A stretch of DNA of 64,000 nucleotides, from assembly GCA_964016885.1 (NCBI GenBank), contig OZ024743.1:180110001-180174000 (forward strand). Reading direction: 5' to 3'. A program made the translations under genes and the position numbers. This stretch comes from Eledone cirrhosa. Lineage: Eukaryota. Below are positions 35,247 to 49,851 of this stretch, one piece after another; positions within the stretch are counted from its first letter, which is position 1, and each line of letters begins with the position of its first letter. The notes under the pieces are model-generated. The model was not told the DNA's origin. It made no database searches and saw only the letters and a program-made list of their open reading frames with translations.

Positions 35247-36630
35247 TATACATTATGTCAACACCATAATATGACATACACACACACATAACACCTTCTA
35301 CTTAGAAAATAAAACCCCGAACTAAATAAACCTTAACATACGTTTGCACTGACAATACAACAGAACAAATACGAATAAGTAAGGAAAATATGTTCATTCA
35401 AAAATATTCCTACTAAAGGAATCATTTTCCTACACACACACACACACACACTCACAATATATATATATATTCTCTTCATCCTAACATGCTAACCATACTC
35501 CCACACACATAACACGCATACACACACATAACAACCCCCACACCCACAACTCCCTCCCCCATTTCTACTAATAGAACCACTTTCCTACACACATATATAC
35601 ACACACAAAATATATATTCTCTCCCTTTTAACATACTCGCACACACACACATTACACCCATATACACACACACACACAACTCCCTCCCCCATTTCTACTA
35701 ATAGAATCATCTTCCAATACACACACACACACATACACACACACAGACACACAAGCACACGTGTAGGAGTACCATAATTCAGGCCTCATAGATAAACATA
35801 CATATCTTTACTTCAATAGAAAATCTGAGCTCTGACACCCCAGCGAACTAACCATATTCACTGAACTAGAACAATTCTCCCATCCCATTTCTCTTGACCA
35901 CTATCTTTTCCTTGTCATAACATTCTCCATAAAGGCTACAGAATAGATTTCCAAATAAGGGCGCGAAAATGTAATGAAAACTTGTTCACGTGACAGCCAA
36001 ATTTCATTTATAACCAATCAAATCACGTTTATTAAAAAAAAGCCTTCGTGAGCCACCTTTTTTTAAGTAAAAAGAAATTCAAACACACACACAACATACA
36101 CACACACGCACACACACAAATAAACATACATATCTTTACTTTCTTTATTCAATAGAAAATCTGAATTCTGACACCCCAGCGAACTAACCATATTCACTGA
36201 ACCAGAACAATTCTACCATCCCATTGCTCCTGACCATTATCTTTTACTTATCATAAAATTCTCTAAAGAGGCTACAGAATGGATTTCCAAATAAGGGCGC
36301 GAAAATTTAATGAAAACTTGTTCACGTGACAGCCATAATTTCATTTATAACCAATCCAAAAAAAAGCCTTCGTGAGCCCCTTTTTTCAAGTAAAAAGAAA
36401 TTCAAACAGTCATATAAAAAAAAACAACCTGTGACAACCCCCAACCCCCCTCTGATTTGAAGAACTATTGTAACGCGAACTGGCGCGAAATTTATTATAA
36501 TTATTGACCAACCAATCAAATTACTTCTCGAAAAACCTGGCATTTCGAGCCACTTTTTCCATATAAAACAAGTAACATTCAGAGACCAACCAGATGTGAG
36601 AAAAACCACAGACCCTCCATCTCAACTCTA

Positions 36631-36666
36631 CTTTTGAAAAGCAGAAGAACTGCGAAACCGGTAATG
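36631..36666 (+). ncRNA. Minimal hammerhead, U3-A8 core variant (stem I mismatch)
   Basis: CTT TTGAAAA GCAG-aagaa-CTGC GAAA CCGG TA ATG. Confidence 0.62.
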
Positions 36667-36797
36667 GAACCAAATAAATATATATATTTAAAAAAAAATA
36701 AGACTCCAGTTGCATTTTCGATTTCATCTCTTTTTCTTTATACTTTCACTCGTGTAGGACACATCGGTTATTTTTCAATTTGTAAAAAAAACCTCAC

Positions 36798-36878
<81 letters not shown>

Positions 36879-38051
36879 CCATATTTAACGAAGTTGATTG
36901 AAGCTTAAGAAAATTATTTAGAAAACAAAAGAAAATATGCACCAGCTGCAATAAATATATTCATGTTCTTTCCCCAATGCTGATAATACAGAAGTTACTT
37001 TATTGATAGTCCCAATCTCTTGTGAGATACCTTGTAAATTACCAAATTATTCATTGGATAGGCTTTTTACTACGAAGCAAGAGGATTGAAGAATTTCAGA
37101 GAAATTCTGTCTATAATACTGCAATATATTCAGGTTCTATGAAGAATGAACTTTTCCAAATAAAGGACTTTCGGTGACGATCTATCGAAATTGGTACAAT
37201 CCTTGAACAGATCGAGATGAGAAGAGACAGCAATGTGAAATCTGTTTCTCACGTGTCGGAGTACCATAATTCAGGCCTCATAGATATTGCGAAACTTTGA
37301 CGACAGTCTACAGTATTTATTTAGTATCAACATTTTTCTGTCTCCATTTGCTGTGAAAAAGAGATGGTGTTTCAGTTTTCATTTTACTTAAATTTAAAAC
37401 AAAATGTATGTTTTGTGTACATGCTCTTAAAATATTGTGCTACATGAATCCACATTGGCAAGACATTCTAAAACCTATAAAACCAAAAACAGCACTCTGA
37501 CTGCACTATATAAAAATGCGATGTCCACGAATAAAGATATAAATATTTGAATAAACAAAATTCTTTTTAGATATTTTACCTGATTTTAAGTGTTAACGGT
37601 ACGTTTTAATTTTAAATAAGTTAGTTTACTGTAAACATCTAATATTCCCTAGGACTATATATCAACTCTGTTTATACATCTGCTCGCAGATAACAAACAG
37701 CTTTGCGTAAAATTTGAATTTTAATCGCGAGATGCTGGTCTGCTGGTACTAATTATCGAAGCAACATAGTAATAAAAACAATTTCCACTTCAACACCAAC
37801 ATGGTTGTTAGACATAGTTAAAAGTGTTGAGATTCCGAATCGGATTAAATCTTCCAGATGTCAACACTCACACCTCAAATATGACAGTCAGATAAATACC
37901 TTATATTACTGCTGCATATGTCAGAGTTCTTCTCCAATGTTATCCAATGTTGTGAATTACATTTAACAATAAAACACGTTTACATATATATATATGTATA
38001 TATCGAGCTATATTCATACTTGTAACTGAGTAATATTTAATATTACTCACC

Positions 38052-38142
<91 letters not shown>

Positions 38143-38327
38143 TATGTATATATATTTTTATAGACATTCTTTTTATAGACAATATAGAATGTATAAAAAT
38201 GTGTGGACAAAATAAAATGTCTTAGAAATATATGAAACGAAATATTGTAAGGCATAACTATTGCAGTGGATAAAGAAATACCTCATAGTTTTGTAGTTCT
38301 TCTTCTTCTCCTTCTTATTCTTCATGA

Positions 38328-38740
38328 GAAGGACGTGGGGGCACAGTCCTTAAATACTCTTCCCAGTAGGTCTTGTCAGCGGCAACCGTCTCCAATTGAT
38401 CCGGCTGGATACCCAAGTGAAACCAGCCAAGCTCATCGATGTTATCTAAACATCTTCCTCGGGGTCTACACCTGAGTTTCTTGCCGGATCAATTGGAGAC
38501 GGTTGCCGCTGACAAGACATACTGGAAAGAGGTGTTTGAGGACTGTGCCCCCACGACCTTCCTGAGAGGGTAGTAGGGTACAGAGTCCTCAAACACTTCT
38601 TCCAGCGGGTCCTGTCAGAAAACAACCGTCTCCAATTGATCCGGCTGGATCCCCAAACAAGATCAACCGAACTCATGGATGTTATCCAACCGTCTTGGCC
38701 AGGGTCTACCCCAGGCTCTCCTCCCGTTTGGTATTACCCG
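38328..38740. mobile_element. Three RTE-like 3' ends in -,+,- orientation, forming a ~78-bp inverted repeat
   Basis: 38328-38405 versus 38483-38561; GRPWPRRLDNI and DRTRWKK-like translations; flanked by TTC repeats. Confidence 0.65.
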
Positions 38741-38820
38741 ATGAATTTTCGTAAAGTGCTCACGTTTGTTGATAGAGGGGGAACTGTGCAACGTACAACT
38801 GTGTCGATCGAGTCTATTCG

Positions 38821-38958
38821 TTCTTCTTCTTCTTCTTCTTCTTCTTCTTCTTCTTCTTCTTCTTCTTCTTCTTCTTCTTCTTCTTCTTCTTCTTCTTCTT
38901 CTTCTTCTTCTTCTTCTTCTTCTTCTTCTTCTTCTTCTTCTTCTTCTTCTTCTTCTTC
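38821..38958. repeat. (TTC)n microsatellite
   Basis: Direct reading. Confidence 0.99.
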
Positions 38959-39779
38959 GTCTATATCGATCATTATGCTAGTGGTGAGGTAGGTGGTGAC
39001 GTTGTTGTGTGAAATGTAAATGTGATGAATAGGTTGACATTCTTTTCTGCATCTCTCAAATATTAAAATGTTATTTTACAAAGGTATTCATACAAAAATT
39101 AAACCCACTATTTTAAAGAAAATAAAAAAGAGGAAATGATAAGAAGAAAAAACGAGTAAAACAACGAAAAAACGGAAGAGAGGGTGGGGGAGACACTAGA
39201 CCCCAGTCTGTGCGGTATTATATTTAATGTTTTTATTATAGTTTATAAAAAATTGAGATGCATTTTCAGGAATATGTTGATGGTATTTAATCCATTGGTT
39301 TTGCACACTTAGGCGATCCATTGAGGGCTCTTACTTCTCATGGCTTTGTTGTTGTTATGTCGTGTTGACAGATAATATTTAGAATGCTAGGTTTTCTAGC
39401 GGTTCCCATAGTTACATTCATTATTGTTTGAACATGTTTCTCTGTTCGATATTTCCTAATAAACAACTGCATTCACCATTCATGTTCGATTCTAATCATT
39501 CCAGCTGACACAAAATGGTGATAGAAAAATGGTGTGCATTCTGGTAGTATGTTGTTTGGAAAATACTATTTTAATTTTTTTTTTTTAAACGCTAACTTTG
39601 GTATTCCAGAAGCTTTGACATTTCTACAAATGCTATAAAAATCAACAGCAAAAGTGAAATTATTAAACAAAAACGAGATAAATTACCAAAAAATAAGGTA
39701 AAGAAAAGAAAGGTAAGAAATATAGTAATAAAGGACAAACATATATCAAACAATATTGCATAATACATGTGTATATATA

Positions 39780-40683
<904 letters not shown>

Positions 40684-40954
40684 TACAACGGTAGACAACA
40701 CTAATATAATAATATATTTAATAGACTACATTTAACAGACTAATAGACGAATGTTATAGACTGTATATAATAGACTATATATGACGGTCTATATATAATA
40801 GACTATATATAATAGGGTATATATATATGGCCTAAAACGGACCGATACGTTTAAGTTAAAAGTTTCGTGATTTATAATGTTTCTGTATAACAGTAATGTT
40901 TTGGTATAACATTATTAAGAGGGGTAGATACGAGTGTATTATTGAAATATAGGA

Positions 40955-41165
40955 GGGTGGTGGGTTGGCAGAATCGGTAGATCGTCGAACACCATGCTTT
41001 GGTGCATGTAGTTACATCCCTTTACGTTCTGAGTTCAAATCCCGCAGAGATTAGCTTTGCCTTTCATCCTTACTGGGTCAACAAAATAAAGTACCAGTAA
41101 CGCACTGGGTGGAATTAATCGACTTTCCCGCCCACAAAATTCCTAGCCTTGTGCCTAAAGAATAA
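40955..41165 (+). mobile_element. tRNA-derived SINE (older copy)
   Basis: A/B boxes and shared core. Confidence 0.85.
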
Positions 41166-41354
41166 ATCCTTATTTTCACTATTATTAATACCTTCAGTAT
41201 TTTTATCTTTAATCATTTTACTTTTATTAACATCATTTTCCATACATTGTAGTTGGAAATTATCCGGCTACACTAAAAAGAATATTCACCTGTGTTTTTT
41301 AATAGCAACTATATGATTTTTTTCATAGCAAGAATTTATTCTTCCCGCTCTACA

Positions 41355-41538
41355 TAATTGTTTCTACTTTAGGCACAAGGCCAGCAATTACCCAGTGCAT
41401 TACTGGTACTTTATTTTATCGACCCCGTAAGGATGAAAGGCAAAGTCAACCTCGGCGGGATTTGAACTCAGATCGTAAAGGGACGTAACTATGCTGGAAA
41501 GCATGGCGTCCGACCCTCTACTGATACTGCCAATCCAC
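41355..41538 (-). mobile_element. tRNA-derived SINE
   Basis: Near-identical to 57757-57949. Confidence 0.9.
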
Positions 41539-42056
41539 AATGACCTAATTCTCTTCGCATACATTTCTCTCATCACAAGCCAACGTTTGCAGGCACTACC
41601 GTTATGTCTTCCTGTTTTGTAAAGGCGATATTTTCTCAATTTTTATCAGATGAAACATACAGAAAAAGAAAACAGTACTGGAAAGTAATATGAATGCCAT
41701 AATTCAGAAGAAAAGGAGGGAAAGAGCAACGACTACTGAACAAAAGAAGAAAGAAATGGGGGAGGAGAGAAGGTGACCGAGTCTACACCTAGGTCGGAGT
41801 GGTGTTTCGGCTGTGCTACGTGGACAAAATGACAAGGGAATTTCTGCGGACAATGGCCTGCGATATTTTAAAAATATTCACTTCAGCGTCTACAGATTGA
41901 GTTTCTCTATATTTTCTATATTTACGTCTCACGTTCCCTCCATAGTCATATTTTCCATCACAATCTCGTTTATTTTTTTTTTTTTTTCATTTCATTACAT
42001 TTTTATATTTTGAGCTGGAAATATTCTATTTCATTTGTCCACTATTATACTTTCAA

Positions 42057-42250
42057 CGGTGGTGATTTGGCAGTATCAGTAGAGGGTCGGACGCCATCTT
42101 TGCAGCACAGATATAACGTCCCTTTACGTTCTGAGTTCAAGTCCCACCGAGGTTAATTTTGCCTTTCATCCTTACGGGGTCGATAAAAAAAATACCAGTA
42201 ATGCACTGGGTAATTGCTGGCCTTGTGCCTAAAGTAGAAACAATTATTAT
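42057..42250 (+). mobile_element. tRNA-derived SINE
   Basis: A/B boxes, core, ATT tail. Confidence 0.9.
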
Positions 42251-42626
42251 ACTTTCATTGTACTGATGAAGTCGTATGGGTGTCATATTAATATACGGCA
42301 TTTCTAGGGCATTGTATTAAACCTGGTGGAGTTCATCACTTCTCCAGGTCTGAATATAGTTGATTTCTTCAAGAGAAGGATAGAAAGTGATAGAAAGAAG
42401 GTATAGAAGAAGACTCGACCCAAGAACTAGACTTGTACTCTTTTATCGACCTTAAATGGATGAAAGGCAAAGTTGACATTGTATTAACGTCATGAAAATC
42501 CGCACTCATTAAACCTTATTGTGTATCCCCCACCCCCAAAATAATTACGTCACCACCTGTGGTTTACAACGTTTTGAGTAACTATTGTTTTCACACATTT
42601 CTTTGGGTGTGGTTATATGTGTGTAT

Positions 42627-42704
<78 letters not shown>

Positions 42705-43253
42705 GGGGCGGGGTGCATGTGTGTGTTGTCAATTTCCAGATAATGTCTTTAATCAATTTAAAATATTAAACATCTTCTGGAGAACTGAAAGTATATGCGA
42801 CGGATATTTATTGCTTTTACATTTAACTAGATATAATCATCCCAGTCTCCCACAATTACTCAACTGTTACTACACGTTTGTGTATATTAATACACACAGT
42901 ATACATTCGCTTTCGACATTAAGATATTAAGTACATTAAGATATTAAACCTATTTATTTTTACACTGAATTTAAACATTACATCATTCAAATATTTCAAA
43001 TTTCAAGATCACTTTGGTTATTAATTATAAATATGATATGGAATCAAATAAACAAATATAATCAAAACTTATTAAAAATAGAATTTATATAAAATTGAAA
43101 TAGAAGGCTTCGATGTAAATCTCTGACTAAATGAAATAGTATACCCTTTTATTAGACTATTTTATTTAGTCAAAAACTTACGGCAAAGACTTTTGTTTAG
43201 AGTTTTAAACTCTTCTCGCCGCTTTCTAAATATACTTCTTTAACATTTATATA

Positions 43254-43764
43254 CAGTGTGGCCAGATTTCATGACTCACTTGATTATTTATAGATCTATT
43301 AACACAAAATATTATAAAACAAGTTAAGAAATATAATACCATATACAGGCATAAGATCATGAACAAGATACGGTAAGCACACACATGTACACATTTAATT
43401 AATGCGCTGCTTAGTTAAATCGGTTTTCAATTTCGTGGTCAACCTGGCCTCCTTCAGTTGCAACACAGGCTTGCAACCTTATTGAAACATTTTAACATGC
43501 TTTACGACACATGTCTACCGGGATTGCTTCACATTATTGGATAATAACTTGTTTAAGATGTGCAAAAGATGTGCCATGGTTAATGAGATTTAGAAAAAAT
43601 AAATAAAAAACATGTGAGGCATATTAAAAAATAGAAATATGAATTAAGAAACCTGCTAAACATATTAAGAAATCAAATAATAAATTAAAACAATACAATA
43701 ACAATAAAATAAGCATGTTAATAAATATAACTAACAAGCGAGTCATGCATTCTGGCCCACCCTG
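43254..43764 (-). mobile_element. Tc1/mariner deletion derivative
   Basis: TIRs CAGTGTGGCCAGATTTCATGACTCACTTG / CAAGCGAGTCATGCATTCTGGCCCACCCTG with TA on both sides. Minus-strand remnant AIPVDMCRKAC*NVSIRLQACVATEGGQVDH is typical of Tc1/mariner transposase C-termini. Confidence 0.82.
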
Positions 43765-45890
43765 TATGTAAACGCTCACTGGCTTTTAAAATTATTGTTA
43801 ATCTATGTTGTATACATCCGGGGTTCTCCAGGTTCGGGTTAGAATGATCAGACTTTGACTTAGGTATTGATAGGAGTAAAACTGTTGCGGTCTATTTTAC
43901 AATATTCTTGAATCATAGCTGGCTTATTCATTACAGTTTTAATTAGTTGTACTTAAATAACTGGTATAATTTAAAGCCTATCGTCTCAGCAGAGAGGCAG
44001 ATTTCTCATAGAATCCATGACTTCATTCTTCCTTGCAAGTCAAAAGTGGCCGTAATTTCGGTTAGCCATCAATATATTTTCATGTTTCTTTGAAATACAT
44101 AGATAATGACTTAGATAAAGCGTATCAAGTTCGGAATATCAAGTGGGTATTTTGGAGCCGCAACCTTTTGGTAGTAAATGTGAAAACCTTTTCCTGGGAT
44201 CTCTGTAAAAAACTGTTATCGTGTAATATTTAGAATATCTGGCAACATATTCTACAACTATGAAATGTTTTGATTATTAGACTTCTTTTCAATGGCTAAC
44301 GTCGTCATTTTCAAGATATTTCTCCCAGTTCAGGTCTCCTAAGGAATTAATTCGTGTCGTAGAGCTTAAAGAGCGATTTTGGTGTTGTTTTAAATCATTA
44401 GTTGTGAAGGAGACTCCTTATCTGAGTGTTTAAATGATGGCATTAGAAACGTAGGGTAAAAATGTGTTAGGCCCTTTCTAATAGTAGAAGTACTTTTATC
44501 ACACTAGGTATAGGCAAATGGAAAACGAGAGAATCGTCGATTAGAGTAAATAAACAGGAATCCTAGTCTTTAAGACTAAGAAGAGTCTTCATGAAGTCTC
44601 ATAATAAATCTAGAAATTGAATCTTATATCTTGTAAGAAAAGTATCGTTGAAAATATCAACGTAAGTTTGTATATTATTGCATATATGGCAATTGGTGGA
44701 CACTCACTTCTTCCTTCATTTATGTAATGATGCATACTTCTAGAACTAGGTTGTACTAAGGAAGTATATATTAACTCCAAATTTATAGTATATGTAGTGC
44801 TATAGGTTTTAGTCAGATCCCAGCTGAATATGTAAGAGGTTTATAGTTTATAGTGTATGAAATTCGGTTAAGTTAAATTCTTCAGTGCAATAATTTACCC
44901 TTTTATATGGTCAACGTCATACATTGTTAAATGAAACGGACCTTTGATCTGTTGCCGTTTTCCTAAAGATTCTATAATTGTATAAACGTATTGTGCGGCG
45001 ATGAGGTAACAAGTTTTGATCATGTAAGGACGTTGAGTAAAACACTTCAACACTATTGCCTTGTAAATAACGATGCAACAAATGATGAAGAGCACGTTTT
45101 CCTACTAAATGCTGTGAATACACATTTATGGATAATTCACCGTAGTTCAAGCAAAGCAAGAATAAATCATAATCCTCATGTTTTATGTAAATATATAAGT
45201 GTAGATTGTGCTAATTCAAAGGATGGAACATAAATGTTTTGCATATGTTCAAGAATTGCAATTCAAGATTAAGTGACAGATGTTTGAGCGAATAATATCA
45301 CTTAAGAGGAAACATTTTACGGGAAAGTGGCAAAAGATATGAGGCTACTTTGTTATAACTTACAGTTTAAACCTTGCATTATTGTATGATACTTTAAAGC
45401 ATGAAGTCATTATGCCCCGCCCCTCTCCCGTTGTTGATGAGGACAGACTAGCAGGAGATAAGGTGTAACCAAGGTGTCTTATCGTGACTGATGTATATTT
45501 AGGGTATGTAGACAGTTTTGTAACAGGACCGGTTAATACAAGGAGAGGAAGACACAGATTTATAAGGTCCCTGTGGGTAAAATAATAACCAGTATATACT
45601 GGACATAGATAGATGATAGCGAAGTATTCAACTGCATTATGACTAGCCCTTTACACTGTAGCACTTTACGGCTAGTCTGTAAAGGAGCATCATTTTTATA
45701 TACAGGCACGGCTATTTTTCTATTATTTGTTCATTACCTTAGTATCGTGTGTAAATTGACGTGTGTAGATGTTATTACTATTAAAGGCTTTAGTAAAATA
45801 GAAACAATATATACATAAATAAGACCGCTGTTGCTACAATCAATCCATAAAACACTGAGAAAACACTCTAAACCGAACACCAACATGCAT

Positions 45891-46253
45891 ACATACCTCG
45901 TGCTAAGCCAACCCGTGACCCACACTCCAAATTCGGTAAACGGCACCATAAATACATTTTAAAATGTATTTAATTAAATTCTGTGACTAACAACGGAATG
46001 TTTTAAGTCTGCGCGTGTCTGACATATATGCGTAGCTTGTGAATAAAAAAATTCAAGGGGTGCCACACATGTTTCGTAATGTATCGTCTTATTGGCTAAT
46101 TTCATCGTCTTATTGGCTAATCAACCAACGAGAGTAATTGTTGCTCAAAAGCATCCGCCATTTTGTTTGTACGTTTATTTATCGTTTCGCTTTCGAATCT
46201 TCCTCCTGTATTTCGTCGTTTAACATCAAAATATTTTTCTCGTTTTGGTAAGT
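45891..46253. promoter_or_regulatory. Candidate bidirectional Pol II promoter with two divergent first exons
   Basis: Tandem inverted CCAAT boxes (ATTGG at 46091 and 46112), YY1-type CCGCCATTTT at 46155, + strand donor G|GTAAGT at 46248, - strand donor GAG|GTATGT at 45896, and CpG retained locally. Confidence 0.5.
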
Positions 46254-46696
46254 TATATTGTTAATTTATATATGATTTTTTAAATTTATATTAACTATTT
46301 TTTTTCAGTTCGTTATACCATGCTTATAATATTGGTTGTATCATATTTACTTGTATATTTGTCCATATTATTGTTCGTTTTATGTTAGATTATTTTATTA
46401 TTATGATGTTAGATTATTTTTTTATTATTATGTTAGATTATTTGTATGTAATATTTAATTTTTATTAATTCAACTATAACAATTATTATGCAAAATATAT
46501 TTATTTAATATTGATTGTTTTTTGTAGTTGCTTATATTAAAAGTCTGAAAATATTTTTATACATCTTACAATAATATGTATAAGATCATTTATAAAATAA
46601 CAATTATATAATCTAATTACATTACAACGATAATTTATTATTAATATATATCATGTTTAACTAGAGTTATTACAAGCGTTGCCTTAAAACATATTA

Positions 46697-47144
46697 AACT
46701 AGACCTGAAAAATGCGCAAGCTCAAAAGAGCCACAGAATGTTATAATAAACCTTCAAAGGTGTGGGACTAGAGTTGTTGCTCAAAAATATTGTAATCATT
46801 ATCTATCATACACTCTGTGACATCCTTTTATAAAAAAGAGACTCATAACGAACTCAAGACGACACGATAATTATTTAAGTGAATTTATAATATAGAATTC
46901 GGTTTAAGTGCATTTCGTATTAATCATTACTAAATATCTAATATGAGATATTGAACATTAGCTTAAATAATTATCGTGTCGTCTTGAGTTCGTTATGAGT
47001 CTCTTTCTTATAAAAGGATGCCACAGAATGTACGATAGATATTGATTACAATATTTTTGAGCAACAACTCTAGTCCCACACTTTTGAAGGTTTATTATAA
47101 CATTCTGTGGCTCTTTTGAGCTTGCCCATTTTTCAGGTCTAGTT
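46697..47144. repeat. Fold-back: ~183-bp inverted repeats with an ~82-bp spacer
   Basis: 46697-46879 versus 46962-47144; no target-site duplication found. Confidence 0.9.
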
Positions 47145-47523
47145 CAAAAATGTATAAACCTCAAAGTACTAGAGCAAATACGACCTCCACAAATCAAAAC
47201 GTATTGTTGGTAATTGATAAACATTAATTAGATCAATGTTTGCTTCGGTTTACGAACTATCAAATGGATCTGTAACGAAAATAAGGACTTTTCCACCTTA
47301 AAGTATGTAAATTTTCCTGAATACTATGTGCTTCTCGAACGATATACTCTTCCCCCAACATTCACTTGTTTTTCTGGCTATTGAATATCCTTCTAGAATC
47401 TTCTAGAATCATATACCGAAAAACGCTATACTTTGGAAATACATGAAATAGATATATATTAAATAGATTCTCTTCAAGTCCCAAAGAAAAAGGTTGAAAG
47501 TTTATATTTACCATTATCTAAAG

Positions 47524-47859
47524 CAGAGGTTCTCAAACATTTTGGGCTACCGCCTCCCTCATGGTCACTTAATACCCTAGGCGCCTCCCATCCCTATTTC
47601 CAGACAGACCTGCCTACACGCAAATTGAACTAATATATTATAAATAAAATCATTAATTTATATATAATAAATAATATAATATGTACTATGTATAAATAAA
47701 TATTATATATTTTTTATTTTACTATAATTATATATTATATGTATCATTTGATATTTAATATACTATTATATCATCTCTACCACCCCATAGGCTCCAGCGT
47801 CCCACTGGACCTTCTCAACACCGCCGTGCGGGTGGTAGCGTCCACTTTCAGAACCTCTG
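47524..47859. mobile_element. hAT (Charlie-like) MITE
   Basis: TIRs CAGAGGTTCTCAAA / TTTCAGAACCTCTG with a perfect 8-bp target-site duplication ATCTAAAG. Confidence 0.9.
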
Positions 47860-48200
47860 ATCTAAAGTGTTATTCGGAATTGTTTTCCCAAAATATTCAT
47901 CTACAAAGCTTTAGCTGTTTAGTATCAGTTTTATATTCATGGGGTTGCATTGTGATTACAACAGTTAAAGCTGTGATAATTATGCCTTTATAATATAATT
48001 GTTCTTGGTAAATATTACTCCGATTTTTCAAGTAGTATGGTGTGATTTTTTTAGGGAGATTTGCATGCTATGTCAAGCAGATCAAGTGTCCCCGTAAACG
48101 ATGTGGGTCTCTATTAAATGGAGGTTTAACTCAGAACATGATGTTACATAACAACATACGACGATGCTAAGTAATATTCTCCACTATATATGTATATATT

Positions 48201-49677
48201 TCTAGGGCGGGTAAAATTACCGAGATCTGTCCTTAGGGTATCAACATACGTTAACCTTGGTCTTCCTCTTCCAGTGTATCCATTTAGGGCTTCCCACAGG
48301 TGCACTGAGTGCAGTGTCAACTCTGGATGTCGGTGAGCATGTCCAGCTAACCTCAGTCTCCTCTGTCACTTTTGAGCTGACATTTTGGAGGCTCCCATAC
48401 AGCTCTGAGTTTTTCATCCCAGTGTATACTGATTAATGTTCAGAGCCATCCTCAGCATTCTTGTGTAGCACCCATCCACCATCGGAGTGAGTTTCTTGGT
48501 CAGTGTCCAAATCTCAGACCCGTACAGCAGCACAGACACCACTACAGTAATGAAGAGGCAGATTTTCAGGTCTTTACGAAGGTCCGACTTCCACACCGAT
48601 CTCAAGCTGTGGCACGCCGCCCAGGCTTTGCTCTTCCTCTCAACCACATCATCTTCCGTATTCCAAATCTTTGCTCCCAAATACAGGAAGTCCTCAACCA
48701 ATTCTAGCGGCTTCCCGCCTTCATTAGTGGCTTCTCAACATTCTCTACCAGATATTTTGTTTTAGTCTCATTCATACGCAGCCCCACACTCATCGACACA
48801 GTCTCAACCTCCCGCATCAAATCCTCTGCCTCCTTGACTGTATTTGTCACCAAAACTATGTCGTCGGCAAATTCGGCATCCGATATCTTTTTCGCCTTAA
48901 CTCTCCTGCTCTGAGCCGGTTCTACAGTAAAGCCACATGCCTGGTGTTTCTCCAGTGCAAGGCGCATACAATAGTCCACTACGATGATAAAAAGGTAGGG
49001 AGCCAATGTATCTCCCTGGAGCACTCCAGCCAGTATCTCAAAGAACTCTGTCATCCCATCAGGTGTAATGACTTGGGTTTTGGTGTTGGGGGAGAGCAGT
49101 AATATCAGGTCCACTATCTTCTTGGAGATTCCATAAGCCTGTAAAATCTTCATCAGGCAGTAACGGCCCACAGAATCAAAGGCCTTGCTAAAGTCAATGA
49201 AAACCATGACCGCGGGAAGGCACTTTGCTCTAGTTCCCTCTAATATCCTCCTCAGCATCAGGATGTGACTGGTGGTTGATCTTCCCTCTCTGAAGCCGTT
49301 CTGGTTGTCCCTGAGCTTCTTCTACATCTCAGGCTGGATCCTGTTAAGAATCATCCTGTTGAGGGTCTTTGCCACAAGTGAAGTCAGGTAGATCCTCTTG
49401 TAGTTGTTGGTGTTAGAGAGATCTCCCTTGTTTGGCACTGGAACGATGTTACTGATCATCCACTGATTCGGGGCAACTCCTTTCTCCAGTACCTGGTTAC
49501 AGAACCCCAGGATGATATCATCAAAATCACACCTCTTCATCACCTCTGATGCCTCTCCATCTTCTCCATGAGCCTTGCCCTCCTTGATCTTCTTCTTGGC
49601 TCTCTGAAGCTCCTCTCTAGTGAAGGGCTCTGTCTCAATATCCAGTTCTTCAAACAGCCGCCTGATCTCCCCTGTGC
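48201..49677 (-). mobile_element. RTE-clade LINE, 5'-truncated (RT region)
   Basis: FIDFSKAFDSV, GVLQGDTLAPYLF, FADD, FLYLG, VLLYGSE; same 3' end as the 30832 and 58288 copies; (TA)n on both sides. Confidence 0.92.
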
Positions 49678-49749
<72 letters not shown>

Positions 49750-49778
49750 ATGCATGTATATATATATGTATATATATA

Positions 49779-49849
<71 letters not shown>

Positions 49850-49851
<2 letters not shown>

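Larger units (their letters stand above)
31581..36805 (+). mobile_element. Penelope-like element (Neptune-like) with complex 5' inversion
   Basis: ORF pieces 33113-35246: DVVNLYTTIP, GTAMGTKAAPTYANL, RYLDD, CGRSNCGTC linker, LYAIKC..YIGET (GIY-YIG). 31581-32709 is an inverted copy of 35570-36742; 32710-33113 is an inverted copy of 33963-34368. Confidence 0.9.

Noticed and set aside
42260-42305. CTGATGA followed by a hairpin
   Set aside because: No GAAA or stem III follows.
44991-45233. 80-aa ORF as a host exon
   Set aside because: No recognisable domain or clear splice sites; at most a faint resemblance to a LINE C-terminus.
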